Shown: positions 30,603-39,783 of the stretch, piece by piece | Position numbering within the stretch: the first letter of the stretch is position 1 | How the letters are laid out: every line of letters starts with the position of its first letter | Assembly (NCBI GenBank): GCA_902469905.1 | Contig: CABREJ010000004.1 | Coordinates: 108,554-172,553, forward strand | Direction: 5' to 3' | Source of the DNA: an uncultured Eubacteriales bacterium | Lineage (GTDB): Bacteria; Bacillota; Clostridia; Lachnospirales; CAG-274 | Length of the DNA stretch: 64,000 bases | The notes under the pieces: model-generated | What the model was told of the DNA's origin: nothing | Database searches by the model: none | What the model saw: the letters and a program-made list of their open reading frames with translations, nothing else | Position numbers and translations under genes: made by a program

Positions 30603-31634
30603 TTATCTACTCATTTCTTCCTGAGGACCAGATGACATATGTGACTTAATTACGCTCTGAATTTCCTCCAAAGATGCAGCTGGCATATCACCATTAGTTG
30701 TACATTTAACAGCTGACATTGCATTACCATATCTTACAGCCTGCATAGGGTCATCAGTTGTTAAAAGAGCATATAAAGCACCAGCAACATAAGCATCACC
30801 AGAACCAATTCTATCAATAACCTCAATATTTTCATAAGCAGGTTCTTCATAGAAGCAACCGTTGTAATAAAGTTTTGAGCTAAAGTTATGCTTAGTTGGG
30901 CTAACAACTTCTCTCTTAGTAGTAGCAACTACCTTACAGCCATATTCATCACAATAGCTCTTCATAATTTCCTCAAGAGTACCAGTTTTCTGCATCATCT
31001 TTCTTGAAGTTTCCTCTGATACAAAGAGAATATCTATGTAAGGGAGGATTGAAGTAATAGCCTCTCTAGCTTCTTCTTCTGACCAAAGTTTAGCTCTATA
31101 GTTACAGTCAAAGCTAATAGATGCACCAGCCTCTTTAAACTTCTTAACAATCTCAATAGTAGTTTCCTTTAAGTTAGAGTTAAGGGCCATAGTAATACCA
31201 CTAACGTGGAATAATCTAGTGTTAGTATAAACAGAAGGGTCAATTTCCTCCTTCTTTAAATAACACATTGAAGAATGAGCTCTATCATAAACTACAGATG
31301 ACTTTCTTGGATAAGCACCTGCCTCATAATAATAAATACCAAGTCTTGCATTTTTAGAATCATCATAAATAAGATAATCATCAGATACATTACCGTATCT
31401 AATCTTGTACTTAGCAAATCTACCAACCTTGTTATCAGGGAGTCTAGTGATAATGGCTGAACGAACGCCTAAGAAAGCAGCACCAGAGGCAACATTTAAT
31501 TCAGAACCACCAGCCTGTTTTTCAAAACTTTCACTTCTGGAAATCTTTTCCTTATTATGTGGTGAAAGTCTTAACATAACTTCGCCAAAGCCAACCATAT
31601 CAAACTTTTTGTCTTTCATTGGTATAATACTCAT
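30603..31634 (-). CDS. PfkB-family sugar kinase (KdgK-like)
   Basis: 343 aa; C-terminal GSGDAYVAGALYALL / DTTGAGD-like anion hole region. Confidence 0.7.
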   Translation of the reverse strand: MSIIPMKDKKFDMVGFGEVMLRLSPHNKEKISRSESFEKQAGGSELNVASGAAFLGVRSAIITRLPDNKVGRFAKYKIRYGNVSDDYLIYDDSKNARLGIYYYEAGAYPRKSSVVYDRAHSSMCYLKKEEIDPSVYTNTRLFHVSGITMALNSNLKETTIEIVKKFKEAGASISFDCNYRAKLWSEEEAREAITSILPYIDILFVSEETSRKMMQKTGTLEEIMKSYCDEYGCKVVATTKREVVSPTKHNFSSKLYYNGCFYEEPAYENIEVIDRIGSGDAYVAGALYALLTTDDPMQAVRYGNAMSAVKCTTNGDMPAASLEEIQSVIKSHMSSGPQEEMSR

Positions 31635-31676
31635 AATAATTCTCCTTTTTTATTTCTTTTGTTCTTTTTTCTTTTT

Positions 31677-32684
31677 TTATTTGTAAATAGGATAGCCGAC
31701 TTTCTTCTTAACCTTTGTTAAAGTCTTGTTAGCAATATAAGAAGCCTTGTCTGCACCGTCCTTCATTACCTTTTCCAAATAAGCCTTGTCAGATGAATAT
31801 TCCTTAAACTTCTTCTGAATAGGCTCAAGCTCTGCAACGACAGCCTCTCCCACTGCTGCCTTAAAGTCGCCATAACCAACACCCTTAAACTCATTTACAG
31901 CCTCATCAATAGTCTTGCCTGTAACAGATGAGTAAATATTAAGAAGGTTGCTTACGCCTGGCTTATCTTCGCCATATCTTACCTCTGTATCAGAGTCAGT
32001 TACAGCTCTTTTAATCTTGTTTCTAATTACATTAGGCTCATCTAAAATGTAGATAACATTGTTCATATTGTCACTTTCAGACTTGCTCATTTTCTTTTCT
32101 GGGTTTTGAAGTCCCATTATTCTAGCTCCCACCTTTGGAATATAAGGGTCAGGAATTTTGAATACATCACCATAAATGCTGTTAAATCTGCCAGCAATAT
32201 CTCTACAAATTTCAAGATGCTGTTTCTGGTCAGCACCAACTGGCACTAAGTCACTCTGATAAAGAAGAATATCACCAGCCATTAACACTGGATAAGTGAA
32301 AAGACCAGCATTAATATTGTCAGCGTGTTTAGCAGACTTATCCTTAAACTGTGTCATTCTGCTAAGCTCACCCATATATGTGTAACAATTTAAAATCCAA
32401 GCAAGCTCTGCGTGAGCCTTAACATCAGACTGAACATAGATAATATGCTCCTCTGGATTAAGACCAATTGATAAGAATAATGCAACTAAATCTTTAGTTC
32501 TTTTTCTCAATTCAGTTGGGTCCTGTCTAACAGTAATAGCGTGCATATTTGCAACACCAAATATACAGTTATATTCATCTTGAAGATTTTTCCAATTCTT
32601 TAAAGCACCAATGTAGTTGCCAAGAGATGGTATACCTGATGGTTGCATTGCACTATATATAACTTTTTTCTTTTCTTCTGCCAT
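31677..32684 (-). CDS. trpS: Tryptophan--tRNA ligase
   Basis: 335 aa class I; GIPSLGNYIGAL (HIGH-like) and KMSKS (KMSKSESDNMN). Confidence 0.9.
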   Translation of the reverse strand: MAEEKKKVIYSAMQPSGIPSLGNYIGALKNWKNLQDEYNCIFGVANMHAITVRQDPTELRKRTKDLVALFLSIGLNPEEHIIYVQSDVKAHAELAWILNCYTYMGELSRMTQFKDKSAKHADNINAGLFTYPVLMAGDILLYQSDLVPVGADQKQHLEICRDIAGRFNSIYGDVFKIPDPYIPKVGARIMGLQNPEKKMSKSESDNMNNVIYILDEPNVIRNKIKRAVTDSDTEVRYGEDKPGVSNLLNIYSSVTGKTIDEAVNEFKGVGYGDFKAAVGEAVVAELEPIQKKFKEYSSDKAYLEKVMKDGADKASYIANKTLTKVKKKVGYPIYK

Positions 32685-32706
32685 TTTAATTCACTCCAGT
32701 TTCTAA

Positions 32707-33696
32707 TTATAATGTAGCATACATAACAGCCTTGATTGTATGCATTCTGTTTTCAGCCTCATCAAAGACAACAGACTGAGAAGACTCAAATACTTCGTCA
32801 GTAACTTCCATTTCGCTTATGCCAAATTTGTTGTTAATTTCCTTGCCAATCTTAGTGTTAAGGTCGTGGAAAGCTGGTAAACAGTGCATAAATATAGCCT
32901 TTTCACCTGCATTATCCATAACAGCCTTATTTACCTGATATGGTGAAAGCTCCTTAATTCTCTCTGTCCAAACCTCGTCTGGCTCACCCATAGATACCCA
33001 AACATCTGTGTAAATAACATCAGCATTCTTAGTACCCTCTGTTACATCTTCTGTCAATGTAATTGTTGAACCATTAGCTTCAGCAATCTTTTTGCACTCC
33101 TCCACAAGTTTAGCATCTGGGAAATACTTTTTAGGAGCACAAGCAGTAAAGTTCATACCCATTTTAGCACAGCCAGCCATAAGAGAATTACCCATATTGT
33201 AACGAGCATCGCCCATATAAACAAAGTTGACACCCTTAAGTTTGCCTAAATGCTCTCTAATAGTTAAAAAGTCAGCTAAAATCTGAGTTGGGTGAGATTC
33301 ATTAGTAAGACCATTCCAAACAGGAACTCCAGCATACTTAGCAAGCTCCTCAACAATTTCCTGACCAAAGCCTCTATATTCAATACCGTCAAACATTCTG
33401 CCTAATACTCTTGCAGTATCAGCAATGCTTTCTTTCTTGCCAATCTGTGAACCAGTTGGGTCAAGATATGTAGAACCCATACCTAAATCAGATGCAGCCA
33501 CCTCAAAGGCACATCTTGTTCTTGTACTTGTTTTTTCAAATATAAGAGCAACATTTTTTCCTCTATAAATATCAACAGGTGTACCTGCCTTTTTCTTAGC
33601 CTTTAAATCAGCAGCTAAGTCTAAAAAATATTCAAGTTCTTCTGTTGTAAAATCTAAAATTTTAAGAAAATTTCTTCCTTTTAAATTAACACTCAT
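32707..33696 (-). CDS. argF: Ornithine carbamoyltransferase
   Basis: STRTR carbamoyl-phosphate motif, HCLP motif (FMHCLPAFH). Confidence 0.85.
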   Translation of the reverse strand: MSVNLKGRNFLKILDFTTEELEYFLDLAADLKAKKKAGTPVDIYRGKNVALIFEKTSTRTRCAFEVAASDLGMGSTYLDPTGSQIGKKESIADTARVLGRMFDGIEYRGFGQEIVEELAKYAGVPVWNGLTNESHPTQILADFLTIREHLGKLKGVNFVYMGDARYNMGNSLMAGCAKMGMNFTACAPKKYFPDAKLVEECKKIAEANGSTITLTEDVTEGTKNADVIYTDVWVSMGEPDEVWTERIKELSPYQVNKAVMDNAGEKAIFMHCLPAFHDLNTKIGKEINNKFGISEMEVTDEVFESSQSVVFDEAENRMHTIKAVMYATL

Positions 33697-33836
33697 ACTT
33701 AATCCTCCTAAAAACCATTTAATCTAATTATACAACAAAATTTTTTAATTGTATACAATAAATATTTAATTTACATAAATTTTATTTTAACAATGTATAA
33801 ACATTACATTTAAGGACAATAATAGGATTAGGAGGT

Positions 33837-34568
33837 GTGAGAATGGATAAAAATGAAAATTACAACAAAAAAGGCTTTTATACTGTACTTTACACATTGG
33901 CAGCTGTATTTATTATAATCGCCTTTGGCATTTCTATTCTTAATAGTGGCAACAAACCTAACAACAACGAGGCAAATTTAGAGGAAAACATATCCCCTGT
34001 TGACAAATCTAATGTTAAGCCACTTGCAACAACAGAAGCTACAACAGAAATAAAGGCTGAAGCCCCAACTGAGGCTGTGACTACGGCTGAAAAACCACAG
34101 TCAGCAAATAACGAAACTATTGACAACGGCGAACTAAGCCTATTTGATGATAGTCAGGAAATGTCTTGGCCTGTTTCTGGTCAAATTGTAATGGACTATA
34201 GTGCTGATACTGGCATTTACGACAGAACTCTTGAACAGTACAGAACAAATAATTCTGTATGTATATCTGCTGATGTTGGTACTAATGTGTGTGCGTCTGC
34301 TGACGGCATAATTACTTCAATAACTAATGATAAGGTTTCTGGTGTAACAGTCAAGGTAGACCACGGCAATGGCTGGTGCTCTACATACAGTCAGTTAGAT
34401 GAAAACTTGGCTGTATCTGAAGGTGAAGCTGTTCACAAAGGTGATAAAATAGGCACAGTTGCTAACCCTACTAACTATAGCACAGCTTTAGGTCCTCACT
34501 TGGAATTTTCTGTGTTAAATGATGATACCCCAACTGACCCAAAACTTGTTCTTGCACAAGCTGAATAA
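33837..34568 (+). CDS. M23 family metallopeptidase with N-terminal TM anchor
   Basis: C-terminal GVTVKVDHGNGWCSTYSQL ... GPHLEFSV LytM-type motifs. Confidence 0.8.
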   Translation: MRMDKNENYNKKGFYTVLYTLAAVFIIIAFGISILNSGNKPNNNEANLEENISPVDKSNVKPLATTEATTEIKAEAPTEAVTTAEKPQSANNETIDNGELSLFDDSQEMSWPVSGQIVMDYSADTGIYDRTLEQYRTNNSVCISADVGTNVCASADGIITSITNDKVSGVTVKVDHGNGWCSTYSQLDENLAVSEGEAVHKGDKIGTVANPTNYSTALGPHLEFSVLNDDTPTDPKLVLAQAE

Positions 34569-34577
34569 TTTGATATG

Positions 34578-34612
34578 ACTATTGCGTGGCATAATAACAC
34601 GCAATAGTTGTT
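34578..34612 (+). terminator. Perfect hairpin after M23 gene (weak U-tract)
   Basis: ctattgcgtggcataataacacgcaatag. Confidence 0.4.
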
Positions 34613-34664
34613 GTACATATATTATAATGCATTAAATGCTCTAGTATCAAACATTTAAACAGCA

Positions 34665-35510
34665 GGTGTAATTAAGGTGTTGTTTAGGTGTTGTTTTTTT
34701 ATAAATTTGTCACCCTATTTTTTGGCTTAAATACTAGAGTTTCAATATATAGGGTGTCAAAAGTGCAAATATTTTTCACTTCTTGAAATGTTATAATATT
34801 TTATATTTTTCAATTATTTTTACCAACCAAAAAAATCGACACTTTTAACACCCTGTTATTTTTTATGTTTATTATATATTTTTCTTTATTATTATAAAAG
34901 TAAGTAAATAAGCCATTAATTGAACATTGTTAAGCAATAAATAATACTAAAAATTAATTATAAATATTAATGTTAATGTACTAATTTTAACACCCAAATC
35001 GACACCCAAACAACACCCTAGCAATATATCTAATTAAAGTAATACTAATATACAGTAAATTAATTATAAAAATAAAATCCATAAGTGTAAAAAGCTCTAA
35101 TATTAAGATTTAACTTAGGGTGCAATTTATGGTGCAGTTTGGGTGCAAGTTTATTGCATATTTTGCACCCCATTTTTTGGCTTAAATACTAGGGTTTCGG
35201 AGTGTATGGTGCAGAATGGTGCATATTTTTTGCACTTACTAAAATGTTTAATAATATTTTTGATTTTCAACTTTTTTGCCAACTAAAAAAACCTGCACCA
35301 TTTTGCACCCCGTTAAAATTTTTATTTAATACTTTATGTATTTTAGTGTAAAAAACATAGTAAATAAGCCATTAATTGAACATTATCAAGCAACAAATAA
35401 TACTAAAAATCAATTATAATGTTAATATTAATGTATTTATTTCTGCACCATATTTTGCACCATAACTTGCACCCTAATTTAAACTATATAAATATAATTG
35501 ATTAAAGTAT
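34665..35510. repeat. Two tandem ~450-bp noncoding modules (unit1 ~34665-35120, unit2 ~35121-35510) with conserved AT-rich backbone but systematically swapped word arrays (GGTGTT/AACACCC in unit1 vs GGTGCA/TGCACCC in unit2)
   Basis: Aligned by eye: caccctattttttggcttaaatactag (34711) vs caccccattttttggcttaaatactag (35167); taagccattaattgaacatt... block conserved; no ORF >60 aa. Confidence 0.65.
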
Positions 35511-35544
35511 AGAAAAAATTAATAGGTAATGTTGGAAAATATTC

Positions 35545-36320
35545 TGTCAACCTACTCTGTGAGGGACGGTAAATGGCATTCCCCACCATACATAAAAATT
35601 AAAAGTAATAGTTATAAAGTACAGCTTGCTTGTAGGGGCGAGCATTGCTCGTCCATAGTAAAACGCGGATATTCGCCCTTAGTTATTCACAAATAGTTAC
35701 ATCGGGCGATTAATAATCGCCCCTACAAATAAACTGTTCTTTATATTTAAAAACACAACTAAAGAATAACAATATAGCTCCACTCTTAGGGACGGTAATG
35801 TGGTGTATCTCTATAGTAGCCTGTTTTAAAAAATGAAAAAGGACGACCACTGGTCGCCCCTACAAATAACCCGTTCATTATATTTAAAAGCACAACAGAG
35901 GAATAACCCTTTAGCTCCACTCTTAGGGGAGCTGGCACGAAGTGACTGAGGGGTTTTATTTAGGTAATAAGTAATAAGTAATAAATAATAGTTAATAGGC
36001 TATATGTAATAGTTACTGTTTGCTTGTAGGGGCGAGCATTGCTCGTCCTTAGTTATAGATAATATCAGAAACCCTTCCGTCAACCTACGGTTGCCACCTT
36101 CCCTATAAGGGACGGTAATGGGTATGTACCCACATATAATTATTAAACAAAAGTACAACTTAATTGTAGGGGCGAACAGTGTTCGCCCGCAGGTATTTAC
36201 AAATAGTTACATTAGGCAAACATCAGCATTTTTGCTACGCAAAACAAATCTTTTAATAAATCTAATTTTCATACAATCTAATTGATATTAAACATTAAAA
36301 AGGTCGACCACTGGTCACGC
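35545..36320. repeat. Second cluster of the same mosaic repeat families: hairpin units at 35631-35654, 35700-35727, 35841-35864, 36025-36048, 36165-36190, degenerate 36302-36320; 45-nt element 35912-35957; GGGACGGTAATGG-type units 35545-35584, 35775-35810, 36076-36132
   Basis: Direct reading; units share GTAGGGGCGA / TCGCCCCTAC arms with variable 4-10 nt cores. Confidence 0.7.
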
Positions 36321-36321
36321 G

Positions 36322-36771
36322 TCAATTTATACTATCCATAATTTTATCAACGAGCATAACATCTGCCGGAAGCCACTGAACATCATATAAACTATCCTTT
36401 GTCAGCCACTTTGCCGCTTCAGCCTCCAGCAATTTCAATTCACCGTCAATAACCTCACACCAGAAGCAATCCATAGATAAATGAAATGTTGGATAATCAT
36501 ATTCAATAGTATCTATCAAATCACCTACTATGATTGTTGCTTCCAATTCTTCTTTTATTTCTCTAACAAGGGCCTCTCGTGGTGTCTCACCAGTTTCTAT
36601 TTTTCCTCCTGGAAATTCCCACTGTCCTTTAAATTCTCCATATCCTCTAGCTGTTGCAAATATTCGTTTCTTTTCCTGTATTGAATCGCAAATAACAGCA
36701 GCTACAACTCTTATAGTTTTCATATCTGTCCTAAATAAATTCAAGCATTTTCTTTTCAATGCAGAATTCAT
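36322..36771 (-). CDS. Nudix hydrolase
   Basis: Nudix box GGKIETGETPREALVREIKEELEA (GX5EX7REUXEEXGU). Confidence 0.8.
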   Translation of the reverse strand: MNSALKRKCLNLFRTDMKTIRVVAAVICDSIQEKKRIFATARGYGEFKGQWEFPGGKIETGETPREALVREIKEELEATIIVGDLIDTIEYDYPTFHLSMDCFWCEVIDGELKLLEAEAAKWLTKDSLYDVQWLPADVMLVDKIMDSIN

Positions 36772-37408
36772 ATCCCATCTTTTTTAATCCAACTTTGCCA
36801 AAGTCTACCGCAATAGATGTTCCTTCGATTGAAGCAATAGTTCCAGTTCCAAATGTCTTATGTTTTACTTGCTTACCCACAATATCAGCAGGAATAACAA
36901 CGGGTGGTTTTGGCTCTGGCTTAGGAATAACTGGTGGAACATACGTAGATTTGCTACCCGTCTTTTTCTTAGCAGTAACCATCTTCATATACTGTTCATC
37001 CACATCTTTACCACGTGCTTTGAAATCTTCAATATCCTTAAATACAAACATATCTGGTTTCTTTACATCATTATCAGGCACCGGGCGAATAGGGAACATC
37101 CACACCTTTCTTGGCACTCCGTCCTCACCTGGTTGAGTTTCTGTATATGGCTTATCAACCAGTTCAATTCTTCCGCAGTAAATATATTCACCTGCGTCCA
37201 TTACTTCAAATAGGTGAACATCAACACCGTTATATCCACATTCCGCAAGAGTAGAATTTTGTGCCCAGTTAATATCCTGGTCTCCATTTTTTCCCATTCC
37301 TGTGTAATGAAGAACGCCACCTATCCATTTGTCATGATATATTCCTTTTGTATAATCAGACACAATAACCAGAGTATTCGTTGTCTTTGAGCGGCACATA
37401 CCGCTCAT
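36731..37408 (-). CDS. SRA (YDG)-domain protein, modified-cytosine binding-like, with Pro-rich linker and small C-terminal domain; overlaps Nudix gene start by ~40 bp
   Basis: HYTGMGKNGDQD ~ UHRF1 YTGSGGRD; NSTLAEC ~ NRALALNC; EYIYCGRIELV ~ YDGIYKVV; RKVWMFPIRP ~ GFLVWRYLLRR (from memory of SRA fold motifs). Confidence 0.55.
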   Translation of the reverse strand: MSGMCRSKTTNTLVIVSDYTKGIYHDKWIGGVLHYTGMGKNGDQDINWAQNSTLAECGYNGVDVHLFEVMDAGEYIYCGRIELVDKPYTETQPGEDGVPRKVWMFPIRPVPDNDVKKPDMFVFKDIEDFKARGKDVDEQYMKMVTAKKKTGSKSTYVPPVIPKPEPKPPVVIPADIVGKQVKHKTFGTGTIASIEGTSIAVDFGKVGLKKMGYEFCIEKKMLEFI

Positions 37409-37886
37409 ATTTCCACACTTAAATGTATCTACAAATCAGCATTTTTCAAAACTTGTCCTATTTCTAATCTAGGATTAAACATAAATACGCCTCCAATTTT
37501 ATAACACCTAACTTACTCACTCAATTTATGACATCTATTTCAAACTCACAACCCTATCACATTTTACGACGGATATGTTTCCGTAAAGAAAATTGGGTCA
37601 ATTAAAAAATTAGTATTTTACTCCCAACTTCTGAAATCGCCCATAAATAAACCCTTTTCAAGCTACAATTATCTCACCTTTGACATCAACACCACAGTCT
37701 CCACATGGCATAGAAGATGTTTCGCATACTAAATAGCGAAAATAAGCCTATTTTAAGCAAAGGGGGTTATTTTTGGAATTAACCCCCTATATTCAAGCAA
37801 TATAACCAAATTATATATATTATTTTTAAGTTAAATAAAATCACTTAAAAATTATAAGCATGCAATTACATTAAAATTAAGTAACA

Positions 37887-39149
37887 CTACATAAAAAATC
37901 TAAAATCATATGGTCTATCATATATAGCAATCTCCTGTTTTGCCATCTTAGATAGTTTTTTTGAGAAATCTAACGTAACCGGCAACACTTTATAAAAGCT
38001 ATCTCCGCTATTCCAATTCATTTTTGTTAACATCATTATTTCATCAACTAATGTTTTACCATCCGCATTTCCTAAAAAACGTTTTATATATAATGGTACA
38101 GGTATTTCCCTGCCATTTTTATAGTAATTCCTATTCTTTCCAGCTAATTCATCATGTTGAACTGCTCCATGTGTCCACAACAAGAAACTATTATCATCTA
38201 TAGGTATCACTGTTCCTCTAGATATAGGAAATGCTGAGGCCTTTGATTTAAAATCATTACTATCAAATCTAATTGCCCTCCATTGATTAAATTCTTGAAT
38301 TTGAATCAACTCAATGTCTTCAACTCCAACTAATCCGGCCTGTATTCCTTCTATTTCCTCTTTGGTAAAGAATGTAGTCTTATGAATTACTATTCTTTTT
38401 AAACTGTATGTGGGAACAGAATTATCATATAAATCTTTCAGTTTGCTCATTAATAATCTTGCATCATCTTTTCTCATAAATGGATTTTTATTAATAAATT
38501 GTGGATTTTTTATAGGACGAAGAAATAATCTCATTCCATTACCTTGTGCATCAAACAATTGGCTGCATCCGATCAGAATTTCTTTCTTACCTGCCATAGC
38601 TTGTACATAACTTAACCCAACATATGCTGTATCAATCCTATAATTTTCAGGAGTCCATAATTTACCTATTGCTTTTGTATAAATTGCCGTAGATAAACCC
38701 CACATAATTTTAGCCAAATCATTATATCTGTTTTGCACAACAGAACGTGCTTCTATAAACTGAGTTTTAATTTCCTTTTGTGCACAGTATAACTTTATGG
38801 AATCATGCAAGTCAAAATATTCTTTATCATTTTTTAACTCCCTATATTTTTTAAACTCAAACGGAATATAAATTACAAGCATATCAAATTCTGATACATT
38901 CTCATATAAACTATCAATATACTTAAGCAATCCCCTAAAAAATTGTTTGATATTACAGTTAAGTGCCTTACTCATAGAATAACCTTTATATCTCATACTG
39001 TCATTTTTATAAGGAATATCTATAGCACATCTAAAAATAATATTAAACCCATCATATTCCGGCAAAAAACATTTTTCATTACTATAGTTGGAAACCGCTC
39101 TATTATTTAATTTATGTGTCAAGACAGACCTCCGTCCCCTGTCTTGCAT
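37887..39149 (-). CDS. Short prokaryotic Argonaute (MID-PIWI), catalytically inactive; annotated ATG lies inside an IS inverted repeat so true start is probably a downstream Met (e.g. MRYKGYSM)
   Basis: PIWI landmarks in order: KAIGKLW (pAgo KxGGxPW-like), TAYVGLSYV (GxDVxH position, D->S), RIVIHKTT (RDG position -> KTT), QIQEFNQWRAIRF (~VVQKRHHTRLF), IPVPLYIKRFLG (~IPAPAYYAHLVA); MID-like DMLVIYIP...YRELK...EIKTQFIE. Confidence 0.6.
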   Translation of the reverse strand: MQDRGRRSVLTHKLNNRAVSNYSNEKCFLPEYDGFNIIFRCAIDIPYKNDSMRYKGYSMSKALNCNIKQFFRGLLKYIDSLYENVSEFDMLVIYIPFEFKKYRELKNDKEYFDLHDSIKLYCAQKEIKTQFIEARSVVQNRYNDLAKIMWGLSTAIYTKAIGKLWTPENYRIDTAYVGLSYVQAMAGKKEILIGCSQLFDAQGNGMRLFLRPIKNPQFINKNPFMRKDDARLLMSKLKDLYDNSVPTYSLKRIVIHKTTFFTKEEIEGIQAGLVGVEDIELIQIQEFNQWRAIRFDSNDFKSKASAFPISRGTVIPIDDNSFLLWTHGAVQHDELAGKNRNYYKNGREIPVPLYIKRFLGNADGKTLVDEIMMLTKMNWNSGDSFYKVLPVTLDFSKKLSKMAKQEIAIYDRPYDFRFFM

Positions 39150-39222
39150 TTTGGAAATCCGTTAAAAACAGCTTAAAATGGGTACTTTTTCAGTGGTTTT
39201 GAACCGTCCACTGTCTTGTCCT
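39119..39222. mobile_element. ~104-bp MITE-like deletion derivative of an IS: left IR tcaagacagacctccgtcccctgtcttgc joined to right-end segment gttaaaaacagcttaaaatggg...cagtggttttgaaccgtccactgtcttg
   Basis: Left IR matches 40784-40811; right segment matches 41057-41110. Confidence 0.55.
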
Positions 39223-39282
39223 TCATATGAACCATCACCTGTCTTTCTACTGTCTTGCTGTCTTGCTACACATCTATCATTT

Positions 39283-39780
39283 TCATTTATCATTCTTTGG
39301 ATCATATTTTACAAGTGTTATTACGCTTTCAGCAAAATCAATCCAATCAGCATTATCATCAAGACATAATAACTTTACACCTGTATAGCTATAACCTCTT
39401 TTATCCGGTAAATCTAAAGACGCATATTTACCCCATCTATCATTCCAGCCTATTTCAATCTTTTTTTTACCTTTCATTACCTTATTAAACCCCTTTATAC
39501 CATAATATACTTCCTCATAAGTTTTATTTATCCTCTGGTCATAAAGGAAATAAGGCTCCTTAATTTCTTCGCTCATAGCATACTCGATAGCATTGGCAAG
39601 TTCATTTGCTGTATATGGTGTTTTCAATTCAACAGGAACATTTACCATAAATCCCCTAAAGTCATCATCTGGCTTTATATTATCCAATTGCCCGCGTGAA
39701 AAAATTGCAATATTCTCTTTCTCATCTATTAAGATTTCGACCCTTTTATATTCCTCAAAATTAACTTTCATACAGTACAT
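39283..39780 (-). CDS. Putative immunity protein for orphan RHS toxin tip
   Basis: Small cytosolic ORF immediately downstream (4-bp gap) of the orphan toxin C-terminal module. Confidence 0.4.
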   Translation of the reverse strand: MYCMKVNFEEYKRVEILIDEKENIAIFSRGQLDNIKPDDDFRGFMVNVPVELKTPYTANELANAIEYAMSEEIKEPYFLYDQRINKTYEEVYYGIKGFNKVMKGKKKIEIGWNDRWGKYASLDLPDKRGYSYTGVKLLCLDDNADWIDFAESVITLVKYDPKNDK

Positions 39781-39783
39781 CTC

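Noticed and set aside
32685-32706. T-box leader upstream of trpS
   Set aside because: Only 22 bp separate trpS from the argF stop. There is no room for a T-box, so trpS is probably co-transcribed.
34665-35510. rRNA fragment or known riboswitch in the tandem modules
   Set aside because: I can see no conserved rRNA or riboswitch core motifs. The word-swap pattern fits DNA binding-site arrays better. This remains unverified without Rfam.
35545-36320. tRNA or tmRNA genes hidden in the stem-loop-rich junction (three-stem composite units look cloverleaf-like)
   Set aside because: There is no acceptor stem with a 3' CCA/discriminator geometry, no T-loop GTTC(R)A or D-loop conserved bases, and the units are exact multi-copy repeats.
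37887-39149. Using the ORF-track start (39149) for the pAgo gene
   Set aside because: The ATG and the first ~10 codons fall inside the IS inverted repeat at 39119-39147. The likely true start is a downstream Met. Coordinates are kept but flagged.
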